From: Heptranchias perlo
Taxonomy: Eukaryota
Direction of reading: 5' to 3'
Length of the DNA: 64,000 bases
Assembly (NCBI RefSeq): GCF_035084215.1
Contig: NC_090335.1
Coordinates: 52,266,001-52,330,000, forward strand
The notes beneath the pieces were generated by a model. It searched no databases, was not told the origin of the DNA, and saw nothing but the letters and a program-made list of their open reading frames with translations. Made by a program: the position numbers and the translations under genes. How positions within the stretch are numbered: the first letter of the stretch is position 1; each line of letters begins with the position of its first letter. Below, piece by piece: positions 38,730 to 51,289 of this stretch.

Positions 38730-41700
38730 TCATAGGATCAGGAGTAGACCATTCAGCCCCTCAAGCCCATTCCGCCTTTCAATAATATCATGGCTGATCT
38801 GTACCTCAAATCAATTTACTCCATATCCCTTGATATCCTTACCTAACAAAAATTTATTGATCTCAGTCTTGAAAATTTCAATTGACTGAGCATCCACAGC
38901 CTTTGGGGGAGGGGATTCCAGATTTCCACTACCTTTTGTGTGAAAAAATGATTCCTGATTCAACTCCTAAATGGCCTAGCTCTAATTTTAAGATTGTGCC
39001 TCCTTGTTCTGGATTCCCCCACCAGAGGAAATAATTTCTCTGTATTAACCCCATTGAATTCTTCTAACATTTTAAACACCTCAGTTAGATCACCCCATGA
39101 CCTTTTAAATTCAAGGGAATACAAGCCAAGTTTATGCAACCTGTTTTCAGAATTTAACCCTTTAAGCCCTGGTATCATTCAAGTGAATCTGCGCTGTACC
39201 CCCTCCAAGGCCAATATATACTTCCTGAGGTGTGGTGCTCAAAACTGAACACAGACTCCAGATGGGGTCTGACCAAGGCTGTGTACAAGTGAAGCATCAC
39301 TTTCTCCCCTTGAGATAAAGGCCAACATTCCATTAGCCGTTTTGATTACTTTTTGTACCTGTACACTAGCTTTTAGTGATTTGTGTACACAGACACCTAA
39401 ACCCCTTTGCTCCTACATAGTACCTTATCTCTCACCATTTAGAAAATATTTTGATATGTCTTCCTTGGATCCAAAGTGATTGATCTCACACTTCTTCACA
39501 CTGAACTCTATCTGCCACAGTTTTGCCCACCCACTTAATCTTACTATGTCCCTTTGAAACTTTCCGATCCCATCTACACAACTTACTGTGCTTCCTAACT
39601 TAGTGTCATCTGCAAACTTGGATATACAACTCTCTATTCCTTCACCCAAGTCATTAATATATATGGTGAAAATCTGAGGCCCCAGTACCGATCCCTGGGG
39701 AACACCACTTGTCACATCCTGCCAATCAGAGTACATTCCCTTTATCCCTACTCTCTGTCTGCTACTTACCAACCAATTACCAACCCATGTCTCAAAGTTA
39801 CCTCCAATTCAGTGCACTCACAAACTCACAATTTTTGCTAATAATTCAAGGGAATACAAGCCAAGTTTATGCAACCTGGTTTCAGAATTCAACTCTTTAA
39901 GCCCTGGTAGCATTCCAGTGAATCTGCGCTGTACCCTCTCCAAGGCCAATATATACTTCCTGAGGTGTGGTGCTCAAAACTGAACACAGACTCCAGATGG
40001 GGTCTGACCAAGGCTGTGTACAAGTGAAGCATAACGTTATCAAATGCCTTCTGGAAGTCTATGTAGACGATGTCCATAGACACTCCACTGTCTGCCATGC
40101 TAGTGACCTCCTCAAAATATTCAACTAGATTAGTCAGACATGATCTACCCATCACAAATCCATGCTGACTCTCTTTGATCAGCTGATATTTGTCCAAGTG
40201 CTTAGTCACTCTGTTCCTGATGATAGATTCCAGTGTGTCAGACAAGTGCCAGTCAAAGACCATCTCCAACAAGAAAGAGTCGAACCATCTCCCCTTGACA
40301 TTCAACGGCATTACCATCGCCGAATCCCCCATCATCAACATCCTGGGGTCACCATTGACCACAAATTTAACTGGACCAGCCACATAAATACTGTGGCTAC
40401 AAAAGCAGGTCAGAGGCTGGGTATTCTGCGGCGAGTGACTCACCTCCTGACTCCCCAAACCCTTTCCACCGTCTACAAGGCACAAGTCAGGAGTGTGATG
40501 GAATACTCTCCACTTGCCTGGATGAATGCAGCTCCAACAACACTCAAGAAACTCAACACCAACCAGGACAAAGCAGCCCGCTTGATTGGCACCCCATCCA
40601 CTACCCTAAACATTCACTCTCTTCACCACTGGCGCACCGTGGCTGCAGTGTGCTCCATCCACAGGACGCACTGCAGCAACTCGCCAAGGCTTCTTCGACA
40701 GCACCTCCCAAATCCGCGACCTCTACCACCTAGAAGGACAAGGGCAGCAGGTACATGAGAACAACACCACCTGCATGTTCCCACCCAAGTCACTCACCAC
40801 CCTGACTTGGAAATATATCGCCGTTCCTCCATCGTTGCTGGGTCAAAATCCTGGAACTCCCTACCTAACAGCACTGTGGGAGAACCGTCACCACACGGAC
40901 TGCAGCGGTTCAAGAAGGCGGCTCACCACCACCTTCTCAAGGGCAATTAGGGATGGGCAATAAATGCTGGCCTTGCCAGCGACGCCCACATCCCATGAAC
41001 GAATAATTTAAAAAAAATTTCCCCACAACAGACATTAAACTGACTGGTCTATAGTTTCCTGGTTTCTTCTTCACGCCTGTATTATATAATTGGAATGACA
41101 TTTGCAATTTTACAATCCAAAAGCACAATTCCTGAATCTAGAGTGCTTTGGAAAATCATGACTAACACATCTGCAATTTCCCCACCTGTTTCCCTTAATA
41201 CCTTGGGGTGGAAACCATCAGGTCCTGGAGATTTGTCCCATTATTTTCTCCATTACTATTCTCTTATATTAAATCCAATAAGTTTTTCCCCTTGACTTAC
41301 TTTTACATTCCCAATCCCACTTGTATTTTGTCCTCTTCCTCCACTGTGAAAACAGAAACAGAATATTAATTTAACAAGTCTACCATTTCTTTGTTATCCA
41401 TTCTTTCATGGGCCCATATTGTCCTTATCGCTCTCTTTCTCTTAATATATTTATAAAAATTGTTACTATTAGCTTTGATATCCTTTGCAAGTTTTTTTGA
41501 TACTCCTTTTTGTAACTCTTATTACTTTCTTCGTACCCCTTTGTTGCTTTTTATAGCTCTCCCAGTCTGATAGATTTCTGCATTTTCTAGCATTTATGTA
41601 AGCCTTTTCTGTTCGCTTGATACTGTCTTATACCTCATTTGTTGACTATAGATGCTCAACTGCACAAGTGGAGCTTTTGCCTTTTAGGGGTATATATGTT

Positions 41701-42050
41701 TTTTTTTGTTGTACTAAAAACCTCTTTGAATACCTCCCACTGTTTGTCTGTAGGTTTACCCATTAACAGCTCAGCCCAGTTTACTATGGTCAATTTGTTT
41801 CTCACCCCTTCGAAGTTTGCCTTACTTAAATTTAGAACCCTGGTCTGTGATTCTCGTTTCTTGCTCTCAAACCTAATATCAAATGCGATCATATTTTGGT
41901 CACTATTCCCAAGATGTTCTCCTACAGACAGATTGTTAACTAATTCTGGTTCGTTACTCATTACTAAATCTAGTATGGACTCATCCCTTGATGGTTCTAA
42001 AACATATTGTTCTAGAAAATGGTCCTGAATACATTCTAGAAATTCTGTGC
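38730..42050 (-). mobile_element. CR1 LINE, fragmented, inserted into a DeuSINE
   Basis: ORF pieces LDLVMSNEP, GNSDQN, NYRPVSLM, YIDFQKAFD, PQGSVLGP, KFADDTK. Confidence 0.9.
40236..41010 (+). mobile_element. CR1-group LINE (second family) nested in the CR1
   Basis: Highly similar to 32260-33030; A-rich tail. Confidence 0.9.
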
Positions 42051-42416
42051 ACATAATCTAGGCTGACGCTTCAGTGCAACACTGAGGGAGTGCTGCACTA
42101 TCGGAGGTGCGGTCTTTCGGACGAGATGTTATACTGAGTCTCCGTCTGCCCTCTCGGGTGAACGCAAAAGATACCATGACACTAGTTGAAAAGGGGGAGT
42201 TCTTCACGTGTCTTAGCCAACATTTATCCCTCAACCAATACCTAAAAAACAGATGATCTGGTCATTTATTTCACTGCTGTTTGTGGGACCTTGTAGATGA
42301 ATAGGTTGCTGCATTTCCTATATTATAACAGTGACTACACATCAAAAGTTCATTAGCTGTAAAGCACATGTCCTGAAGTCAAGAAAGGCACAATATAAAT
42401 GCAAGTTCTTCCTTTC
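42049..42416 (+). mobile_element. DeuSINE-type SINE body; tRNA-derived head at ~38690-38728
   Basis: Head TGGCTCTATGGTAGCACTCTTGCCTCTGAGTC is separated from the body (ACTGAGGGAGTGCTGCACT...) by the CR1. Confidence 0.75.
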
Positions 42417-43289
42417 AGAAGACTTAGAACACCCCTCCCCCCAACCCCAGCCGGTGTCCGCAGGCCCTTAATTCCCCTTCAAATAATTGCTAAACCTCGA
42501 AACTGAATCCCAACACTTTCAGAATTTGGCTTCCCTTCCCAATGCGCCCAGGTCCCAGAGCTGCCCTCAATGCTGATAAATCAGTTTTCCTGGTAATAAA
42601 ACTTCCCAGTCACACCAAACTTAGGTTGTAAAAGTATGAAATTTTGGGAGGAAGTGGGGCTGAGGAAGGTACGAAGTTCCACAGTTTTGAAATCCTATAG
42701 AAGAATGAGCTAGGGTAAGAGAATGTATGAAGAGTCTTGATTCAATACAGTGAGGCTGCAGAGAGGAGGGAGAATGTGTAAGACAGAGCGTTTGCATGTT
42801 AGAAGAAACAAGAGATTTGTACAAAGTCAAAGAACACAGTGGCTGATGGGGAGATAGCCCTCTGACAAGAATCAGTGCCAGCATTCTACTTCACTACATG
42901 CTGACCCAGTCAGTGCTAGACATTGTTTTACCCAGATCCACCCATTAAAACATTGTGTAGTTTGAGCTGCACTTAGTTCAGTGTGTGTGGAGGGTGAGAA
43001 ATATCAGGGTGGATCACCCCTCGCTTGTGAGCAACAGGCTCCACTGATGCAAACTAACACCTTACAGGCTTGGTATTTTGGTATTGGAGCAGAGGCCAAT
43101 ACTTGGGAGAATCACATTCCTTCAGGGTTTATACCCTTGGATTGAGATTTGGGGGAACTCTTCACATTTTCCCTCTCTTGGAGGTAGTGGATATACCTAT
43201 GCCCACTTTGACTACTTGAATTGTGACCAGGCATCACTGTTAACTCCTGGATAACAGGATCTTATGGTCAATTCTGGCCTCTTGCACAC

Positions 43290-44930
43290 GATGCAGACAT
43301 TGTAGTTAAGGACGAGGAGTGTGAAATATTGGAAGGGATAAACATAGTGAGTGAGGAAGTATTAAGGGGATTAGCGTCTTTGAAAGTAGATAACTCACTA
43401 GACCTGGACGAAATGTATCCAAAACTGTTAAGAGAAGCAAGGGAGGAAATAGTGGAGGCTCTGAGCATCATTTTCCAATCCTCTCTGGAGGACTGCTAAC
43501 GTTGTACCATTGTTTAAAAAGGGAGAAAGGGATAGACTGAGTAATTACAGGCCAGTCAGCCTAACCTCGCTGGTGGGCAAATTATTGGAAACAATTCTGA
43601 GAGGTAGTATTAATCATCATTTAGAAAGGCACGAATTAATCAAGGACAGTCAGCATGGATTTGTTAAGGGAAAGTCATGTCTGACTAACTTGATTGAATT
43701 TTTTGAGGAGGTAACAAGGAGGGTTGATGAAGGTAGCACATTTGATGAAGTCTACATGGATTTTAGCAAGGCTTTTGACAAGATCCCACTTGGCAGACTG
43801 GTCAGGAAAGTAAAAGCCCATGGGATCCAAGGGAAAGTGGCAAATTGGATCCAAAATTGGCTCAGCGGCAGGAAGCAAAAGGTAATGGTTGACGGGTGTT
43901 TTTGTGACTGGAAGGCTGTTTCCAGTGCGGTTCTGCGGGGCTCAGAACTAGGTCCCTTGCTTTTTGTGGTACAAATCAATGATTTCGATTTAAACGTGGG
44001 GGCATGATTAAGAAGTTTGCAGATGATACAAAAATTGGCCGTGTAGTTGATAGTGAGGAGGAAAGCTGTAGACTGCAGGAAGATATCAATGGACTGGTCA
44101 GGTGGGCAGAAAGGTGGCAAATGGAAATCAATCCAGAGAAGTGTGAGAGGGGGAGGGCAAACGATGCAAGGGAATACACAATAATTAGGAGGATACTGAG
44201 AGATGGAGAGGAACAAAGGGACCTTGGAGTGCATGTCCACAGATCCCTGAAGGTAGCAGGACAGGTAGATAAGGCGGTTCAGAAGGCATACGGGATACAT
44301 GCCTTTATTAGCCGAGGCATAGAATATAAGGGCAGGGAGGTTATGCTAGAACTGTACAAAACACCAGTTAGGTCACAGCTGGAGTAGTGCGTACAGTTCT
44401 AGTCACCACATTACAGGAAAGGTGTGATTGCACTAGAGAGGGTACGGAGGAGATTTACGAGGATGTTGCCAGGACTGGAGAATTTTAGCTATGAGGAAAG
44501 ATTAGATAGGCTGGGGTTGTTTTCTTTGGAACAGAGGAGGCTGAGGGGAGATTTAATTAAGGTGTATAAAATTATGAGGGGCCTAAATAGAGTGGATAGG
44601 AAGGACCTATTTCCTTAGCAGAGTGGTCAATAACCAGGGGGCATAGAATTAAAGTAATTGGTGGAAGGATTAGAGGAGAGTTGAAGAGAAATTTTTTCAC
44701 CCAGCGGGTGGTGGGGGTCTGGAACTCACTGCCTGAAAGGGTGGTAAAGGCAGAAACCCTCATCGCATTTAAAAAGTACTTGGATGTGCACCTGAAGTGC
44801 CGTAACCTACAAGGCTATAGGCCAAGCGGTGGAAAGCGGGATTAGGCTGCATAGCTCTTTTTCGGCCAGCACAGACATGATGGGCCAAATGGCCTCCTTC
44901 TGCACTGTAAATTTCTATGATTCTATGATT
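43290..44930 (+). mobile_element. CR1 LINE RT region to tail, frameshifted; followed by an L2 3' end (44930-45204)
   Basis: NYRPVSLTS, QHGF, YMDFSKAFD and FADDTK motifs; (ATTCTATG)n tail. Confidence 0.92.
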
Positions 44931-45358
44931 CCCGATTGTCGTCGCTCCACCATTGGCGGCCGTGCCTTCAGCTGCCAAGGCCCTGAGTTCTGGAATTCCC
45001 GCCCTAAACCTCTCCGCCTCTCTACCTCTGTCCTCCTTGAAGACGCTAGTTAAAGCCTACCTCTTTACTAAGCTTTTGGTCACCTGTCCTAATATCTGCT
45101 TATGTGGCTCAGTGCCAAATTTTGTTTGTTAACGCTACCGTGAAGTACCTTGTGACATTTTGCTACGTTAAAGGCGCTCTATAAATGCAAGTTGTTGTTG
45201 TTGTTTAAGCCTTTGCTTCTGTAAGTGAGTCCATCTGGATGGGAACAGGCCACATTGACTTGATCCCTTAAGTATCAAAGATAAATCCTACTTTACTGTA
45301 GAGAATTGTAAACAATTTTACAACACCAAGTTATAGTCCAACGATTTTATTTTTAATC

Positions 45359-45400
45359 CCACAAGCTTTCGGGGGCTTTCCCCTTCCTCAGGCGGTGTGG
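45359..45400 (-). ncRNA. Mirror copy of the hammerhead motif
   Basis: Reverse complement of 48848-48889. Confidence 0.75.
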
Positions 45401-45608
45401 AAATGACCATTTCGAATCCTTCGCATTTTAAGATCACATAACAAAGCCTGGTGATTACTGCCCATTGCCAAGGCAATCACAGTGAGCAGACAGAAAGGTG
45501 TCATCTAAAAGGCCACTGAATATACAACCCCCCAAAAAAAAAGAGAGAGAGAGAGACAGTCAATGACCTGTTATATTAAAAACAGATAACATTTGTTCGC
45601 TGGTGGGG

Positions 45609-47130
45609 TTACGTGTAGTGTGACATGAACCCAAGATCCCGGTTGAGGCCGTCCTCATGGGTGCGGAACTTGGCTATTAATTTCTGCTCGACGATTTTGC
45701 GTTGTCGTGTGTCTCGAAGGCCGCCTTGGAGTATGCTGACCTGAAGGTCGGTGGCTGAATGTCCATGACTGCTGAAGTGTTCCCCGACAGGGAGAGAACC
45801 CTCCTGTTTGGCAATTGTTGCGCGGTGTCCGTTCATCCGTTGTCGCAGCGTCTGCATGGTCTCGCCGATGTACCATGCTCTGGGGCATCCTTTCCTGCAA
45901 CGTATGAGGTAGACAACGTTGGCCGAGTCACAGGAGTATGAACCGTGCACCTGGTGGGTGGTGTCCTCTCGTGTGATGGTGGTATCTGTGTCGATGATCT
46001 GGCATGTATTGCAGAGGTTACCGTGGCAGGGTTGTGTGGTGTCGTGGACGCTGTTCTCCTGAAGGCTGGGTAATTTGCTGCGAACGATGGTTTGTTTGAG
46101 GTTGGGTGGCTGTTTAAAGGCGAGTAGTGGAGGTGTGGGGATGGCCATAGCGAGGTGTTCGTCATCATTGATGACATGTTGAAGGCTGCGGAGAACATGG
46201 CGCAGTTTCTCCGCTCCGGGGAAGTACTGGACGACGAAGGGTACTCTGTTGGTTGCGTCCCGTGTTAGTCTTCTGAGGAGGTCTACGCGATTTTTCGCTG
46301 TGGCCCGTCGGAACTGTCGATCGATGAGTCGAGCATCATATCCCGTTCTTACTAGGGCGTCTTTCAGCGTCTGTAGGTGTCCATCGCGTTCCTCCTCGTC
46401 TGAGCAGACCCTGTGTATTCGCAGGGCCTGTCCATAGGGGATGGCCTCTTTGACGTGGTTAGGGTGGAAGCTGGAAAAGTGGAGCATTGTGAGATTGTCC
46501 GTGGGCTTGCGGTAGAGTGAGGTGCTGAGGTGCCCGTCTTTGATGGAGATTCGTGTGTCCAAGAAAGAAACTGATTCTGAGGAGTAGTCCATGGTGAGCT
46601 TGATGGTGGGATGGAACTTGTTGATGTTATCGTGTAGTCTCTTTAGTGATTCCTCACCGTGGGTCCATAGAAAGAAAATGTCGTCGATGTATCTGGTGTA
46701 TAGTGTTGGTTGGAGGTCCTGTGCAGTGAAGAAGTCCTGCTCGAACTTGTGCATGAAAATGTGGGCGTATTGGGGTGCGAATTTGGTCCCCATGGCTGTT
46801 CCGTGTGTTTGGGTAAAGAACTGGTTATTGAAGGTGAAGACATTGTGATCCAGGATGAAGCGGATGAGTTGTAGGATGGCGTCTGGAGATTGGCTGTTGT
46901 TGGTGTTGAGTATTGATGCTGTCGCAGCGATGCCGTCATCGTGGGGGATACTGGTGTATAGTGCCGAGACGTCCATCGTGGTGAGAAGTGTTCCTGGTTC
47001 AACTGGTCCGTGGGTACTGAGTTTTTGTAGGAAGTCTGTAGTGTCGCGACAGAAGCTGGGGGTTCCCTGTACGATGGGTTTCAGGATGCCCTCGATGTAT
47101 CCAGAGAGGTTCTCACACAGGGTTCCGTTG
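45609..47130 (-). CDS. Penelope RT-GIY-YIG ORF, 5'-truncated but uninterrupted
   Basis: About 500 open codons from GNGTLCEN to GLNRDLGFMSHYT; lacks its native start. Confidence 0.85.
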
Positions 47131-48633
47131 CCTGTGTGAGAACCTCTCTGCATACATCGAGGGCATCCTGAAACCCATCGTACAGGGAACCCCCAGCTTC
47201 TGTCGCGACACTACAGACTTCCTACAAAAACTCAGTACCCACGGACCAGTTGAACCAGGAACACTTCTCACCACGATGGACGTCTCGGCACTATACACCA
47301 GTATCCCCCACGATGACGGCATCGCTGCGACAGCATCAATACTCAACACCAACAACAGCCAATCTCCGGAAGCCATCCTACAACTCATCCGCTTCATCCT
47401 GGATCACAATGTCTTCACCTTCAATAACCAGTTCTTTACCCAAACACACGGAACAGCCATGGGGACCAAATTCGCACCGCAATACGCCAACATTTTCATG
47501 CACAAGTTCGAGCAGGACTTCTTCACTGCACAGGACCTCCAACCAACACTATACACCAGATACATCGACGACATTTCCTTTCTATGGACCCACGGTGAGG
47601 AATCACTAAAGAGACTACACGATAACATCAACAAGTTCCATCCCACCATCAAGCTCACCATGGACTACTCCTCAGAATCAGTTTTTTTCTTGGACACACG
47701 AATCTCCATCAAAGACGGGCACCTCAGCACCTCACTCTACCGCAAGCCCACGGACAATCTCACAATGCTCCACTTTTCCAGCTTCCACCCTATCCACGTC
47801 AAAGAGGCCATCCCCTATGGACAGGCCCTGCGAATACACAGGGTCTGCTCAGACGAGGAGGAACGCGATGGACACCTACAGACGCCCTAGTAAGAACGGG
47901 ATATGATGCTCGACTCATCGATCGACAGTTCCGACGGGCCACAGCGAAAAATCGCGTAGACCTCCTCAGAAGACTAACACGGGACGCAACCAACAGAGTA
48001 CCCTTCGTCGTCCAGTACTTCCCCGGAGCGGAGAAACTACGCCATGTTCTCCGCAGCCTTCAACATGTCATCAATGATGACGAACACCTCGCTATGGCCA
48101 TCCCCACACCTCCACTACTCGCCATTAAACAGCCACCCAACCTCAAACAAACCATCGTTCGCAGCAAATTACCCAGCCTTTAGGAGAACAGCGTCCACGA
48201 CACCACACAACCCTGCCACGGTAACCTCTGCAATACATGCCAGATCATCGACACAGATACCACCATCACACGAGAGGACACCACCCACCAGGTGCACGGT
48301 TCATACTCCTGTGACTCGGCCAACGTTGTCTACCTCATACGTTGCAGGAAAGGATGCCCCAGAGCATGGTACATTGGCGAGACCATGCAGACGCTGCGAC
48401 AACGGATGAACGGACACCGCGCAACAATCGCCAAACAGGAGGGTTCTCTCCCTGTCGGGGAACACTTCAGCAGTCATGGACATTCAGCCACCGACCTTCG
48501 GGTAAGCGTACTCCAAGGCGGCCTTCGAGACACACGACAACGCAAAATCGTCGAGCAGAAATTAATAGCCAAGTTCCGCACCCATGAGGACGGCCTCAAC
48601 CGGGATCTTGGGTTCATGTCACACTACACGTAA
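47131..48633 (+). pseudogene. Mirror copy of the Penelope ORF with a 10-bp deletion and a stop
   Basis: TGAAAGACGC deleted between AGACGC direct repeats near 47886; CAG>TAG at 48181. Confidence 0.9.
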
Positions 48634-48847
48634 CCCCACCAGCGAACAAATGTTATCTGTTTTTAATATAACGGGTCATTGACTGTCTCTCTCTCTCTCT
48701 CTCTCTTTTTTTTTGGGGGGTTGTATATTCAGTGGCCTTTTAGATGACACCTTTCTGTCTGCTCACTGTGATTGCCTTGGCAACGGGCAGTAATCACCAG
48801 GCATTGTTATGTGATCTTAAAATGCGAAGGATTCGAAATGGTCATTT

Positions 48848-48889
48848 CCACACCGCCTGAGGAAGGGGAAAGCCCCCGAAAGCTTGTGG
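48848..48889 (+). ncRNA. Minimal hammerhead ribozyme motif in the Penelope terminal region
   Basis: CCACA..CTGAGGA-A-GGGG(AAAGC)CCCC-GAAAGCT-TGTGG: CUGANGA and GAAA cores, stem II, palindromic AAGCTT. Confidence 0.75.
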
Positions 48890-49434
48890 GATTAAAAATA
48901 AAATCGTTGGACTATAACTTGGTGTTGTAAAATTGTTTACAATTGTTAACCCCAGTCCATCACCGGCATCTCCACATCATTACTGTAGAGAGGGAGAGTT
49001 GGGACCTTGTGATCCCATTCAAGTCTATAGAATTTGGATGATCTTATTTGGAATACAGAGAGGGAGAAGACATGAAGGAATCTTCCACTAAGATACTTCA
49101 TGCCTTCAATGCAAAAGAGGGCCACAGCATATATCTCTGGACGATCTCCTCTGGTGTTGAGCCCCTCTTGAGAATCTCTTAAAAAGATGACTCCTTCATC
49201 TTTTGAATAATTTATGCCCCCGTCTTCGCTGCTTTTGAAGCACAGGAGGAAAATATATATGAGTCCCAGATTTACAGGTCCTTAAATAATTTAGCACCAA
49301 AATATCTGACTGACAAATTAGGAGAAAAATCCCTTTTGCATATTACAATTCTTGCAGTAGATAACATTTCATATTTTACAAACTAACTTGTGAAAGCATC
49401 TGTTCTTTTCAATCTACCTTATTACAAAATATAA

Positions 49435-49590
49435 GGATAAATTCAGCGAGCCTCCGACCCCAATGTTGAGCTGTGCTTGAAGGGAGCATGGTTCAGGGTA
49501 TTAGGGCTACGCTGTTATAGTTCTATTGCTGATTCATGCTCCCTTTCAGTGTAGCTCAATGCTGGAAGTGAGAGATTGCTGAATTTACCT
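49435..49590. repeat. ~155-bp imperfect palindrome (MITE-like)
   Basis: TAAATTCAGC...GCTGAATTTA ends; inner TTGAGCT..AAGGGAGCATG pairs with CATGCTCCCTT..AGCTCAA. Confidence 0.7.
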
Positions 49591-50319
49591 GACAGTTTTC
49601 ATGAAAATTAAATCAACTGGGACCTTTAAGTATGGGACATATGCATAATTCTTGGGAAAATTCATCTCTATTTAAATAAATCAATGCACTTTGTCTTTCA
49701 AACTTTTTCTTTCTTGTGCTTTAACTCTATAATTATATTAAATCTGAAGGGCCAAGCATTTTACATGTTATATAATTAGGTGTGTAGAGCAAGTAAGGCA
49801 CATGATAATATGAAATACCCAGCAAACTAAGCACTAACTTTGGATAAATCTCCTTTCCCATTATAATTTTCAAGTCCAGAGTTAGAATGTCTGCTATAAT
49901 CATTCCATAGTTTATTATATATTGTAAGATAATAAACAGCTCACCTTCTCATGTGGAGTTGTAAACTTAAGAAATAAAATAAACGTTGGTGAATTTGTGA
50001 AATTATTTTAGGAAATGGACAGTTGCCACAGTGATGATGGTAAAATCATGCAATCATGAATGTTGTGGGTAGGCGAGTGGACAGGATAGCGGTATAAGAA
50101 AGGGGAGGGGAATGGGCACATAGAGAATGGGGTGCCAAGATCACTATAGCCCTCAAAAGGATGTACCAAACTGCTGGCTGTTGTCCAAGTGGAGGGGAAA
50201 AGAAAAACATGCACAGATATGAAAATTAAGTGATAGAAGAAACTAGGCCCTTCCCCCCCCATTTGTATTCATCGGGACCATTACTGCTGCTATCCCAGGC
50301 CTACCACTGCCTTTCCACC

Positions 50320-50510
50320 TTGTGGAGATGCCGGTGATGGACTGGGGTGTACAAATGTAAGGAATCTTACAACACCAGGTTATAGTCCAACAGTTGTATT
50401 TGAAAATCACAAGCTTTCGGAGGCTTTCTCCTTCGTCAGGTGAGTGTCGAGATTCATTGAAAATTACCGCATATATAGTCATAGAACAATGCCTGGTGAT
50501 TACAGATAAT
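50320..50510 (-). mobile_element. Solo Penelope terminal fragment (related subfamily) with a hammerhead motif at ~50408-50446
   Basis: Shares ACAACACCA.GTTATAGTCCAAC and the CCAGTCCATCACCGGCATCTCCACA tail; flanked by CTTTCCACC repeats (50311-50319, 50511-50519). Confidence 0.85.
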
Positions 50511-50689
50511 CTTTCCACCAGGCAGTTCCCGGGAGTGCAAGTAACAGAGGTGGGCAGGAGGGAAATAGGATGGGAGGCTAGGTTCTGTATCCCCGTTGGT
50601 CCTAGTGGGGGTGAAAGTAGGGTAATCAAGATTGGGGTAGGGAAGTGGCAGTAGTGCTCACTACCCCATTTTCATTAAATAGAGTTATA

Positions 50690-51015
50690 TAGAATTCACA
50701 GCGCAGAAACAGGCCATTCAGCTCAACTGGTCTGTGCCAGTGTTTATGCTCCGCACGAGCCTCCTCCCACCCCTGTTCATCTAACCCTATCTGCATAACT
50801 TCTATTCCTTTCTCCCTCATATACTCATCTAGCTTCCCCTTAAAGGCATCTATGCTATTCTCCTCAACTACTCCTTGTGGTAATGAGTTCCATATTCTAA
50901 CTGTTCGCTGGGTGAAGAAGTTTCTCCTGAATTCCCTTTTGGATTTATTAGTGACTGTCTTATATTTATGGCCCCTGGTTGTGGTCTCTCCCACAAGTGG
51001 AAACATCTTCTCTGT
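50690..51015 (-). mobile_element. CR1 3' fragment
   Basis: TRGHKYK...RRNFFTQR...WNSLP motif. Confidence 0.85.
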
Positions 51016-51289
51016 CATGTTCCCACCATTTCTGTTGCTATTTTGCCGGATAGTGGAGGAAAATTCAACCCATAAAGTTTGAGCACTTTACCATAGCTTT
51101 TTACATGATTTCAGACCTGACCAGGAAAATGTAAAAGCAAAATAGCATTTTGATGTTCATAAGTGTGTTCAATTGTGTCTGAGAAACAGCAATTGAAAAT
51201 ATCGGGATTATTATTAGCAATAATAATAGCCAGTGATAGTTGTGTGGGGTGAACAGCAAAGAAAATCCACCATCTTGAGAAGTATGATA

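Larger units (their letters stand above)
45305..48979. mobile_element. Penelope-like element as an inverted (head-to-head) duplication
   Basis: RT (MDVSALYTSI, GTAMG, RYIDD) and GIY-YIG (VVYLIRC...WYIGET) in both arms; 12-bp TSD TTACTGTAGAGA (45293-45304, 48980-48991). Confidence 0.95.

Noticed and set aside
45305-48979. Penelope palindrome as a pure assembly artefact
   Set aside because: The arms differ by substitutions and a deletion, the tail is asymmetric and a TSD flanks the unit; read-level confirmation is still advisable
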